From contig NMRA01000246.1 in the NCBI GenBank assembly GCA_002633005.1, positions 7,311 through 71,310 on the forward strand: DNA of 64,000 nt, in the 5' to 3' direction. The notes under the pieces were generated by a model that did not search any database, was not told the DNA's origin, and worked only from the letters and a program-made list of their open reading frames with translations. Made by a program: the position numbers and the translations under genes. The stretch comes from Phoronis australis. Lineage: Eukaryota; Animalia; Phoronida. Each line of letters begins with the position of its first letter. Within the stretch, counting starts at the first letter, position 1. This document shows positions 36,435-47,751 of this stretch, one piece after another.

Positions 36435-38463
36435 GACACATTCAAAACACCTGCTTGGTTAAAAATGAGGCACGTTTTTCCTTTTGGATATCTCAGTAAA
36501 TTTGTCATTTGAAGTATTTTATGTTTTAGAATAAAATAATTAAAGTTATCAATTTCCGTTCGCTTTTACGTGCGACTTTGAGCAATTGTGTTTATTCAAG
36601 TTTTTTTTACAAGCCACATCTCAATTTCACCCTGTATGTGTAGGTGCGACATACATGTATATGACGTAGGAAGGAAAACGGATAAAACTAATTTCACCAG
36701 GAAATCTTTTGTTTTCCCACTCCTATAATAGCTTCATTTTTTGCCGCGGACGTCACCCTGTTTCTCTCTGACTACGGAAAGTTTTTTAATTGGAATCAAA
36801 TTCATTGATGAGTGTCAGACCTACTCCCCGCACATTAACTGAGTACGCGTGCACTGGACCAACGCGAACAGTTTCTGCAGAACACGCAAATACCATGCGC
36901 AGTCCTAATCACCAGCAAGCAATTTTAAACCTACTGTTTCGCCAAAGAAGAAAAGTATTAACATATCCGATGAAACCAGCTGCGAACATGAGTCAGGTGT
37001 CTATATTCGATAGATGTTGAATTATTTCTGAAACTATCGTTAGTTCCAGTGAATTATGACGTGCTTGTTAACAGTTTCATTGATTTCCAAATCTGTAACT
37101 AAGGGTTGACTGAACTGCGAGACAAATGACACGTTCGCAAGTTGGCTTGGTGTACAATCAGCTTAAATAATTTCCTTGGTAACACTGTGTCAACGACATT
37201 GACTGCGTTGTAGCTGGATACAAGACTCTGTTCACTGACGGATACTGAGTTGCATGTGTGTTCAGCTGAACGTAGTCACAGTCATCACTGACGCAGTATA
37301 CGTTTCGAACACTTCCACATCAGACTATATGTTCCTACTGGTTGTACCAACACTTATACACCCCCGGCCTAAACCGGGCTTCAAGATATTTTGGAAATTA
37401 GATCCGCACTTCGTAAAACTTGGCATGTTTTTAAGAATAAAGTCAACTGTCTTTTATAAACAAAGATGACACTGTACTTAGAATAGCACATTCAAATAAT
37501 AATAGTGAGACGTTTTGTCAGAACTAGTTGCTACGGCGCGTGGGAACTGATATAGAGAAACCTACACGAGTATCAGTTTCATGATGAAACGGGCAAAACT
37601 TATTGGAAATTTAGTCAAAATCCCGATACGACTGTTGGATTTGTTTTCTCACATGAACAGTAAAGGCGATCTTTTTTGCCGAAAACTCGATGTGCCTAAA
37701 ACTTTCAATCACATGACACAACTTTTGTAAAAACACGCTTACTCTAAGTACTTTAGTTAATTATTGTTAATAGTTTGATTTAAAGCTTACAATTGCTGTC
37801 AACGTGATTCAGCTTAATAAAGTGATACTTAATTATTTATTGTGGCTTTTAATAATAGACTATGAGCTAAGAGCACCATCGTTCGCCAGTTTTTCTCGTA
37901 ACGAGACAGAACACATGTTTATTTCCGGACTAACAGTACAGGTCTTCATTCTTTAACAGCTTGAGGCTGTTGCGATCATCTGATATTCAAGTTTTTACGC
38001 CCCGTCGTTGCTTCTTATCCTCTTGAATATTTGGTAGTTGTCTAAACCCCTGCATAAACACCACACTTTTTCGTATGCTGAAAAGGTGTGTGTAAGTAGA
38101 TGTTCCAACAAAAATTTTTGCTGGTGGTGTGACTCATACCCAGATGTGCACAAATATGGTTTCACGAAACTTCACTGTTTGGCTACAAAAACAAAAAGTT
38201 GTCTTACACGAGAGCAACGTTTGTCAAAATGTATCAACGTTAAATCTTCACAAATTACAAAGTAACAGGCTGAACATGCCTTCCAGTTCAGCAAAAGTCA
38301 GGACTCATACTTGAGGTTGTCTGTGACTGAATACAGCAGTTCAGGAGTAGAAACCCACTACCAGTGGCACGCACCCAGTACCACACTGCGCACAGAAATC
38401 TTACCGCGCACAAAACGCTCTTCCACGGAACTAATGCTGGGTTGCCTGGTACAGTCCCATATA

Positions 38464-38833
38464 AGGACTCAACTAACTTCCCTAAATCTTTATTTGCTTA
38501 TTTGTGTCTTTCTTTACTCAAAAATGTAATCCTGCTTTATCATTTCAACTTTATTATAAGCTCCTCTTTGGCTAATAACATTTTCAACTAAAAACTGAGC
38601 CCTGAATTCAATGAAAATAATTAGGGACTTAGTCCTTAATTTAGCGGCGTTGCATGAAAAGATCCCTATTGATTTTCGATAAATGTTGAGAATTCAACGC
38701 CAAGTTCGCTATCGATTTGTATCAAAGCCAAAATTTGACTTAGCAATGCAACTAAAACAGCGTAAGAAAGGACAACCGATGTTTTCACAAGTCCACAAAC
38801 ACGCAGTAGATTTAGGGAACTTAAATGAGTCTC
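38464..38833. mobile_element. MITE with imperfect ~26-bp TIRs flanked by TATA; related partial copy at about 26620-26745
   Basis: tata|aggactcaactaacttccctaaatct ... agatttagggaacttaaatgagtctc|tata. 'ggactcaactaagttccgtaaat...' recurs at 26626. Confidence 0.65.
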
Positions 38834-39487
38834 TATAAGTTGAGATTGTTCATACAACCAGGCTCAGAACTCCAAACTCAGACACACTTTTATTCGTAAT
38901 ACCACCGAAGATCGCCAGAGATTGTTTCCCTGAAGAAACTTGGTCGCGCACTTAGGTTACTTGCATTAAAAATTGCCCGTGGTTGGATTTTTGGTTCCAT
39001 GGTAAACGTGTTGTATTCATATACATCTTGATACTGTGATGTCTATGGTTGTATGCGTGACAAGAGTTTTGAAATTCGCGTGGTGTGGTTAGGACGTACG
39101 CCTGCGTTAAGAGTGGTCGTCATCCCCCAGCATAAACGAAAATGCTCAACAAAACGTCTTTAGCGTGAACACGCTAGAATCTGTCGACTGTTTGCGTACG
39201 CATGTGAACCGTCAATGCCACCGCAACATCAGGTATACATCAGTTTTCGCACGGTAATTAAGAAATCGCGTCTTTTTGACAGAACAATTATTTTTATAAA
39301 GAGGATATTCCCTTGACAAATATTACGTTATTGTGACAATCTGGGCCGTTGTGACAATTTGGGCCTGTACTATAGAACAAAAGTTGTTGTCACAATTTGC
39401 CCAAATTGTGGAAATTTGGGCCTGCAGCGCTAATCCAAATTGCCACTGTTTTGAACTTGTGACAAGTAAGCAATAGAAAAGATAAGG

Positions 39488-39802
39488 GGCCGCACACCAT
39501 AGGGGGCTGGAGGGGCTATATAGCCCCCTATTTTTTCAGTCTTATGGCTCCGGCGCCCATGATCTATGGTACCACAGGGGGGCTAGGGGACTATAGTCCT
39601 CCACTTTTTTCAGTGCTGCACCGCCCATGACACGGTAATTATTATATACTATTCATATATATTATAGCATGAGCGGCACACTATAGGGGTCTGGGGGCTA
39701 AAGCCCCTCTTATTTCAGTGCTGTGACGCCCATTGTGACGGGGCAGCGAACCACAGGGGGTTGTAGCCCCCCTCCACTTATTTCAGGGCTGCACCGCCCA
39801 TG
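39488..39802. repeat. Cluster of four ~70-bp mini-MITE copies; further copies at 23087-23160 and 45397-45465 (inverted)
   Basis: Unit approximately catgggcggcgcac...gggggctagggggctatagcccc...tttcagtgctgcaccgcccatg, with short terminal inverted repeats. Confidence 0.8.
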
Positions 39803-39830
39803 TATAATTCGGTAGCAGCCCTTCGTTAAC

Positions 39831-39942
39831 ATAAACTTCGTTGAAAACACGACTGGATTTTTTGTTTGACAGCTTAATACGAGCGAGTCTGTACTAAGAT
39901 GTCAAGCAAAAAAAGTCCAGTCGTGTTTTCAATGAAGTTTAT
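39831..39942. repeat. Foldback (palindromic MITE-like) element
   Basis: ataaacttcgttgaaaacacgactggattttt.tgtttgaca pairs with tgtcaagcaaaaaaagtccagtcgtgttttcaatgaagtttat. Confidence 0.85.
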
Positions 39943-41581
39943 ATTCCGCATCCATTGGACATACGTTGGAAGATTGACATATTGTATCAACAGCCTAAAC
40001 ACTCAAATAAATGAATAAACTTGACACCTGATGTAAACGTGGTATCGGGGTACAAACCATTGCACGCCCAAAATATTTGTTTTTGTTTTTAACATAACTG
40101 ACCCCAATAAGAAATTAAAGTCATATTTTATAAAAATCATCACTAAATTAGGCGCACAGAGGATTGTGTGCCCCGCCCCCTCGGCTAATTCTTTTCGCAT
40201 ACCTGACGTTGACAGCAGTTGGTCAGTTCAAGTTCACCCACATTGTCAAAACAAAGTCGGCTGCAGTCGATGCATCCGTTTTGCTCAGGCATGCAATAAT
40301 TACTAGGCTTTTCACGATCAACAGCTCCAGTTTCACACAGGAATAAAGGTGGATTGCTATGAGCATGAAACGTTGACAAATCATATTTAATTCTCAGCGA
40401 TGTCTGACATCAGATTTAAAACTACTATCAAAATTCAAAAACAAACTTCTCTGAATCAGTTCTATTATATGTTCCTCACAGTGAGAAGAATGGCATTGAA
40501 TAATTTGTTCCGTATAGCTTTTGTGTACATACACAGGGTATTAACAATTCGTCTTAGCAGATCAATACAGAGTTGGCCTACCTGAACGGTCAGGCCAGCA
40601 CGTTCATGACCTGGATTCGACAGCAAGACTCTTTGAGCCACGGGGATTCTAGGGGTTTATGCCAGTTTGTGTTATCCTGTAAAAATGCTGCTGTAAACCG
40701 TTAATATGCTGAAGAAATACAGGAAGTTTAAGAAAAGAGTTAACGGTCTCTTTCACGTCACGGAAGGCCCAGCAACACACGGCTATGGTATGTGCATGAA
40801 AACTGACATTTTCCTTAGCTCATAATAAGGTATCGACCGTTTGCAAGCTAGGCATAAATGTTGTTGTTTGAGAAGTGAATGCTTGCAGTTCAGTGTAAGA
40901 CTGATTCAGGCATTTTGCTCATTTTAAAGTACTGAATGACGACTGACTATTATGAATATAACCTATGTCGGAACACCTTCTTGGAAGCAACTATGCCTCG
41001 TGTGATTTCCCAGGTTTCTGAGAACAAAAACGCCATGTCCATCTGAAATTGACAGATGCAATAGTCCCGCCATCTAAACATTGCAACAACTGGCTTTTCG
41101 ACTTCGGACAGCTGCTACATTATGCCGGTGCTCTATGGGTTATCCTGCCGGTACCTTTATATCCTCTATCCCTTTGATGAATTCCAGGCCACACCGTATC
41201 AGCTACCTGTACCCTGCGGCTGAGGTTTCAGTACTTAATCTGAAGGCCAAGAAGGAAGCATTTTAAATCACAGAGAAGAGAATTATACTGGACAGTACCT
41301 TTCTCAATGAATTTGGTTCTCAAAATCCCACTGACTCAACTGACTGACGAAAACTGAGTGATATCAGTAGTGTTAGTCGTGTTCAGGCACATTTTCTCGC
41401 GCAAACGTTCCTCCATGTTCAAGTTCGCCCGGGGAAGTAGGGTGCATTCAAGGGAGGTGAAAGTGATAAAACCATTGGTATACGCCTCTTATAGCTTATC
41501 CCAATCCAGGCATGGCTCATCAAGATGAGAAGAAAGTTTCGTCTTCTCTGAACCCGTCAGAAATCTCGTGTCGGTATGACC

Positions 41582-41603
41582 CATAGACATTAAGATATCT
41601 ATG
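41582..41603. mobile_element. 22-bp palindromic micro-element with an 8-bp TSD
   Basis: gtatgacc|catagacattaagatatctatg|gtatgacc. Confidence 0.7.
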
Positions 41604-42020
41604 GTATGACCATCCTGGATGTACTGCCACCAAATTGTTTCAGGCCGAGTGGTAACTATGGGATACTATCCGTACAGATCACCCACTCCTCCACTAGCAA
41701 TTAACGCTAAGTTACCCTGGTGCAACGCAATAATCCCCCTAATCCCACTATCGTCGATTTAGTTGGACATGGTTGTATTTTACGCAGACAAAAAGGCTAG
41801 ACGATTTGGGTCAAACTTGTTGGCGACCAGGCGTCATAGAGAGAAAGAGTTATGCTTTCCCCAGAAAATTGACGTTGGCAGGGGTAGGGGAAAGGGTGAG
41901 GAGCAACTACCGTTGTGGAGAGAAGGTTTGTGAAAAAAGTGCTTTCACCTCTGTAAACCCCGTCATAAAAATCGTGTTTATTCCTAACAGATTAATTATG
42001 TTTCTTTTTCATTTTGACAG

Positions 42021-45000
42021 CCTCTTTTGATGCACGACCTGAATGGGTAGACGCGATATCGCCACTAGAATATCTTCACGATGTTAGTTGGGATGAGAAT
42101 CAATGTGCCTCTGGTCTCAGTTTCATGGACTCATGCACTGTGATAAGACGCGATTCTTCAAGTAACGTGCTTGGTGTTCGATGCAACCGAGGCTTCACGG
42201 AAGGCAAACATGTGTTCGAATTTGACTGGCCAGCGGCAAGTCGTGGAAAGACGGCTTGCATTGGAATTTGCAATGATGGTGAGCAGACGATGAAAAACAT
42301 ATATACATTACAAAACAAAAATTTAACTAGGGTTTTCGAGGCTTAAAAACTGACCCGACGATTCTTATTTCAGTTACAATTTTATGAGCACCTGCTAAAG
42401 GGTTAGGATTGGTCGATTTAAGTTGTCCAAATCCAGATTTAACTTATCGCTTTCTAGGTTTCATTGAAACAACTGCCTCATTTGCCAACGAACTGATTGC
42501 GAGGTTTTCTGGATGATCTCTGGAAAATGCAATTGTTACGTATTTCTGCTACTTATTGGTTTTATTTTATCCAGGAGAGGAACTATCTACTTCAAAAGGA
42601 ATACTTGTCGGGGACACGCCCTTGTCGTGGGGTTGGGATATGGTGCGACGAAAAAAATATCACTCAAAAGCAGCCGTAGGCGCTGCCTACCCACCAAAAG
42701 GACTGTCGCCTACATTGCCAGATCGTGTGCTAATGTTTCTCGATTTGGATGAAGGAACGTTGAGTTTTGGATGCGAGGGCGGTACCTACTGGGGCGTCGC
42801 TCACAATGACATAACACGACCAGGCAAACCAGTTTATCCCATGGCGGGAATACTATACAACGGGGCCATAGTGAAAATTTGTTATAGAGGATCATTCGGT
42901 GAGCTGATTTTGCTGTTATTAAAAGTATTTCTGTAATATTAAGGGAAAAACATAACATGAAGGCAAAGCGAAGACACAGCGTTTCGTCACACTTATTATC
43001 AGACTTTCTTGCTTTGAGCCTGTTTCTTTCCTGGTAAGACGACTGGTCTGTCAGCTCCATTAAAACCTCCACATAGTCGTTCACACTCTTAAAATCGTGA
43101 TTGAAGTGGATGTTATCTATTTGCATTGTGGTTTATTCCAGAAGAACCGAAAACTCCTTCACCCGCTCCCGTGGAAACTGTCGGCGAAACATCGACTGCA
43201 AACGTCGAAATCTCCGAAACGATCTCCCCAAAGCTTTCAAGCATATCAGTTGACGACGGAACGTGTACGTGAATGCTTTTGAGCTCCAAGACGACCATCA
43301 TGGTCTGGATTAAGATGATCAAAATTTATTTGAGCCTCGACTCAAAAACAGACAAAATACCGTCCCATTCGCATTAATTTTGAATAGTAAAGCTGCATTT
43401 CGCCCTGTTTAACTGGCTAAAAAACGAAAATCAAATTAGGCAATTTACTGTCATAAAATAGGTCTCATAATTTCCCTTACCGTGATAGGATTCTATGCCC
43501 GTATCCAACAAGAACGTTGGAGCCATCAGTGATTCAAGAAAACGCTTCGAAGACTTTACTGGAGTTAGCTGTCTCTAAAATTGTGAATTCCACAATAGCG
43601 CCTTGCCCACGACTTGAGTTGGTAAAGTAAATGGAGTCCCGTCACGTTAAGGGATATTACCAGAGCAAATTTGAGAGAATGAAGGCCTAATTCAAGTTTT
43701 TTACCCAGGTAATCAAGGCAAAATGCAGCTAGAATTAACTCAAAGTGTGACAAGCGATTGCTCAGTTTTTCAGTTGTGTGAGTAAAGTTTGGTGGTCATT
43801 TGAACTTGCTTGTCCAAATTTTGGAAAAAGTCCTTGATTGTGCCTTTCTCTACCGATATTTTAAGTCCATTTCTTAATCTGTTGGCTGTTGTTCGCAAGT
43901 AATGTTTTAAAGATGAGCTTTATGAAAGAACACGGGATATTTATAATTGGCGACTCTTGATCGTACCGTCTCTATTAATAAGAAACAAAACCTCTACAGT
44001 AAACACGTTAGGTGAGTGACGCAAAAGTGTACACTGAACTTGAGACTATTACAACTTCGGAGAGTCAATGTGATCCTCCCTATTTCTAATCCTCTTACAG
44101 CCAATGGAACGGAAGCTGTCGATCTATTGAACACCACACCAAGGCTTCTCGAAGGTGAACGAGATTTTTTGGGCTAAATATCTAAAGTCGCTTGAAGTAA
44201 TGTTCTGGGCCCGTGAACCTAATCTTTGTACGTGAAATCGAACTCATTATAATTGTCTATTAGCCTGTGCTCGATTACTTTATCATTTAGGTGGGTAACT
44301 GTCGATTCCTAGACTGGTGTTGATGACCTCAGCATTAAAAGGAAAATCTCAAATTTCAACTCAAAGTCTCCAGTTCTTTACGAAATCTCGAGTTTTGTCA
44401 GCGTAAATCCTAATTCACTCGAACACAGAGCAGTTGATAGTTAACTTGAGTTTGTATTAAAGTGGGATAGAAAAGGTAAAAAATATTTTAGTGTTGGATT
44501 TCGGGTACAAAGAATAGACGCCGGGCCCTTGTGTCTGTTTTATAAAAGGGACTTAAGACTTAACGCAGCAATTGCTCTTACTCTCCCATTTCGCAATTAA
44601 AGGTTTAGCAAAGCTTTTATGAGCGTATCGCATGTACAAACAGAACCTATCTCTGTAGACTTTACACTTTTGTAAAAGATTTGGGGAATTTTTCTTACCC
44701 GGATAGAAGACCGTGATTCGTTACGATGTATATCTTACAAGAATCAGCAATTTGCATTTAGGCCATATTATTCGCCAAACTCGAGTTCAGAAACTTGAAC
44801 TGAACAACCACACGTTGTATGAATAGGTGTGTGTCGTATCGAGCAGTGTCAGCACACATTTTCAATACGTTTCTATTTGTTTCTGATTCTTAAATGCATC
44901 AGTATTTCTCTTACAGCAAACGAAACAGAAGTTGTTGATCTGTTAAATACAACACCAAGGCTTCTCGAAGGTAAGCTATATTGTTTTATATTATTAATGA

Positions 45001-47751
45001 CAAACATCGTCACAAGACAGATGCCGATGTAGCATTAAATTTTGACCTCGTGAAAATGATTTTGTATCGATTACTAGCGTATTTTTTCGCCACAGAAAAA
45101 TAATTAGGCTGTACGTACGAGATGTTGAGTTGTACTTAAGAGATAAGAAGTCGTACACGTATGCACGAAATAATATGTCATGCGTACGAGATAGTAAGTC
45201 TTACCTACGAGATACGAAATTGAGGCAATATCCGGTTGGCTACGTCTATTTAACTAAGTATGGCGGCTTTATTTGAACCCATACAGAAAAGACATTGCGT
45301 GACACAGTTTTGGAAGGATTCAAGTAATTCCCAGTGTATAGTTGAATGTATCCACAAAATTGCATTTTTAGACAAGATGTTGGTTCTGACACATTATGGG
45401 CGGCGCAGCACTGAAAAAATTGAGGGGCTAAAGCCCCCCAGCCCGGCCCTGTGGTGCACCGCCCAAGCACATGGAAGGTAGCTCGCCGTATAGCTGTTGT
45501 TGGCTTTCGAGAGCTTAAAAGAGAATGCCACCCGATTTAATTAGTCTTTTTTACCGTCTTCATCGGTCTATATCCACATCGCCTCGCATACGGTCGACCT
45601 TACCTTGCCGAGAGGTGTCGCGTTAACCCAGTGTGAGGAAGGTGAGACGTGACGCAGCAACATCAGTGGTTCATTTGCAGAGTGAATGCCGCTATGTTGC
45701 GATGCATCGTTCCCGCTTGTCCGAACCGTATGCAGCTGCGAGGAAAGCGGGTTTTTCGACTCCTCGAGAGTCCGAAATGCTTAGGAAGTGGCTCGCGGTA
45801 GTGAAGAATGAAAAGTACGCTATAAATAGCAAGTATGAGGTAGTGAAACATCTCCGAGTCTGTGGACTGCGTCGTCGACAGTGAGTCTGATGCCGGCTTA
45901 CCAAATAACTATCCATACGTAAAGTTCCTGAGCTTGTTCACGAAGTCTTCGTCGGATGAGGTCTATTCTAAGTCGGGATTGCCAGTTGCCATGTTGACGT
46001 TTATTACTGAGCGTTCTGTTTCAAAATGAATTATTCTCACCCTAACCAATACTTATATAAAACTGAAACAAAGTCTGTCTCATTAGATGCAATTTGTTAT
46101 GCCTTTGGAGTGTTCGTGAGTGCAAATGATACTGCGTTACCGGCTTTAGGTGCAATAAAACTAGTTGACCGGACACCAATGCCGTGTGAGCACATGCTCA
46201 TTCAGCGTTTGCTGCCAGAAACTGTTGTGAAACAATAACTCGATTTTCTATCACACGGCCAGGTGTTAGGGGAATCTTTATGTGCCTATATATTATTCAA
46301 ATAATGATTATCAATGTACAACTTCTGCCCTGACGGTTCTGTGGCCTAAGGGGAACATGAATTCGCGGCCCCCGACGAGTAAGTAGATTTGCAGTTTTGG
46401 CTAATTCACCAACATAATCACGTGCCCATTAGGCCTACTTCTTTGGCTCACTAGTATAGTATTTTCTTGACTGGAAGTTTAGTTTACAACTTTGGCTGGT
46501 TTATGTTCGTGATGTCTTCAGTCCGGCCGCGACGGACCTAATCGCGGGTTCCGAGCCACTGGCCGGATAACAAGCGTTTTGTGTGTTTAGAACTCAAAAA
46601 ATCACAAGTCTAAACAAAAAACAGACCTAGGTTCTCCTGTCTGTATTTCACGGAAAAATACTTCGAATATATCTCCAAACAGACCCCAAACTCCTGCTAC
46701 GGATCTTGGTAAATTGGTCTGCAGAACTTCAATTGTAGGCATGTGTGTCCTAATACCAACAAATCCGTAAGAGCAAAATAAAACAACACGTTTTTATAAG
46801 AACTCGGTGAATTTTTAATGGTTTTACATCGAATTTTGATGATTTATTGGTGTTAAACGATGAATTAAAGCGATAATCTGACACCAGTAATCCGTGTTGT
46901 GAACTGCTGAACAGACTACCGTGGTGTGAATCCAATGACGTCATTGGATAATTTCAACACCTCCGTCTGCCGTCAGGTGTCAGGTAACGCAACCGTACGT
47001 GCCCTTATCGAGTAGAACTACTCGATCTAAATTGATACAAATTAGGTTGTTTTTTGGGTGGCATGCTCCTTTAAGTACAATGCAATAAACCTTGCTTCGT
47101 GCTTTGTAGAAGAGGTTGCGTGGGTAATGGTACATACGATAACATTCCTCACTGGTTTACTGCGTGGGTGAAGAAAACAGGCAGATCATCACAAGTGCAT
47201 TAAATGACATAGGCATCGTCGATCAAAATGCTTTAAATTAATAGATGTGCTTGACGTCTCTTTGTCTTTTTCTCCAACAATCCTAAGTTAATTGTGAATT
47301 GCTTTACAAAAGAGTAGGATGGGAGACTTTTCCTTGGAAACTCCCTACAAATGGTCATTCTCTCAGTGGGTGGGTACCCTAATTTTGANNNACCCCCCCC
47401 CCCCCCCACGTCAAAAGTATCGTCGGGTAGCCTATTTCATGTTCTAACGACGAAACAATGGAAGTTCAGCGTCTTTAGTTCGTAATTATTTGACGTTTTA
47501 CGTACATTTGTGACATTTCATCGTGACATGATACATAAAATGTTACTTCAAATATTGCATATGATGTTTATTGTGTCGTCTTATGTGCAAGTTATCGTGG
47601 AGCTGGATTTTAATTACGTTTTGGATTTGAACTTCTAGGTGTGCAAAGCGACCCCTTTACGACGCCGCTGTACTACGACACTAGGAACAACTTGGAGTAC
47701 GAGCCCAACACTCGCTTCACAGAGAATAATGTGCCTTTGACTGAGTTATGA
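42021..47751 (+). CDS. SPSB/Gustavus-like B30.2/SPRY protein, multi-exon: 42021-42278, 42575-42898, 43142-43264, 44101-44154, 44917-44970, 47639-47751. Start exon not found. Read-through of the third exon would stop at 43272.
   Basis: SPRY motifs RP.W.D, SW, RGFTEGKHVFEFDWP...RG..A.IG, LVG....SWGWD, YP, V.MFLDLDEGTLSF....YWGVA, VYP. All junctions are GT-AG in phase 1. AATAAA at 47935. The last three exons are less certain than the two SPRY exons. Confidence 0.85.
45110..45216. repeat. Short degenerate tandem repeat (cgtacgagat...aagtc)
   Basis: Recurring ~20-bp units containing ACGAGATA. Confidence 0.55.
45519..47070 (+). mobile_element. Kolobok-type DNA transposon (deletion derivative) with a THAP-domain remnant, in the last intron of the SPRY gene
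   Basis: TTAA|AAGAGAATGCCACCC ... GGGTGGCATGCTCCT|TTAA (15-bp imperfect TIR, RR...YY ends, TTAA TSD). 45694-45870 encodes MLRCIVPACPNR...VFRL(frameshift)PRESEMLRKWL...HLRVCGL, a THAP C2CH pattern. Confidence 0.8.

Noticed and set aside
38269-38448. Open frame with possible splice sites
   Set aside because: Weak splice signals and no recognisable protein similarity.
39488-39802. Repeat-spacer appearance resembling a CRISPR array
   Set aside because: Eukaryotic context, diverged units of ~70 bp, dispersed copies elsewhere and no cas genes. It is a MITE cluster.
41512-41573. Candidate first exon for the SPRY gene (MAHQDEKK...)
   Set aside because: The donor would be phase 2 while the SPRY exon needs phase 1, and the GT lies in the TSD of a micro-insertion.
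46331-46400. tRNA-like start (GGTTCTGTGGCCTAAGGGG); similar A-box-like bits at 41641 and at 40600-40645 (minus)
   Set aside because: No cloverleaf or convincing B-box. At most degenerate SINE heads.
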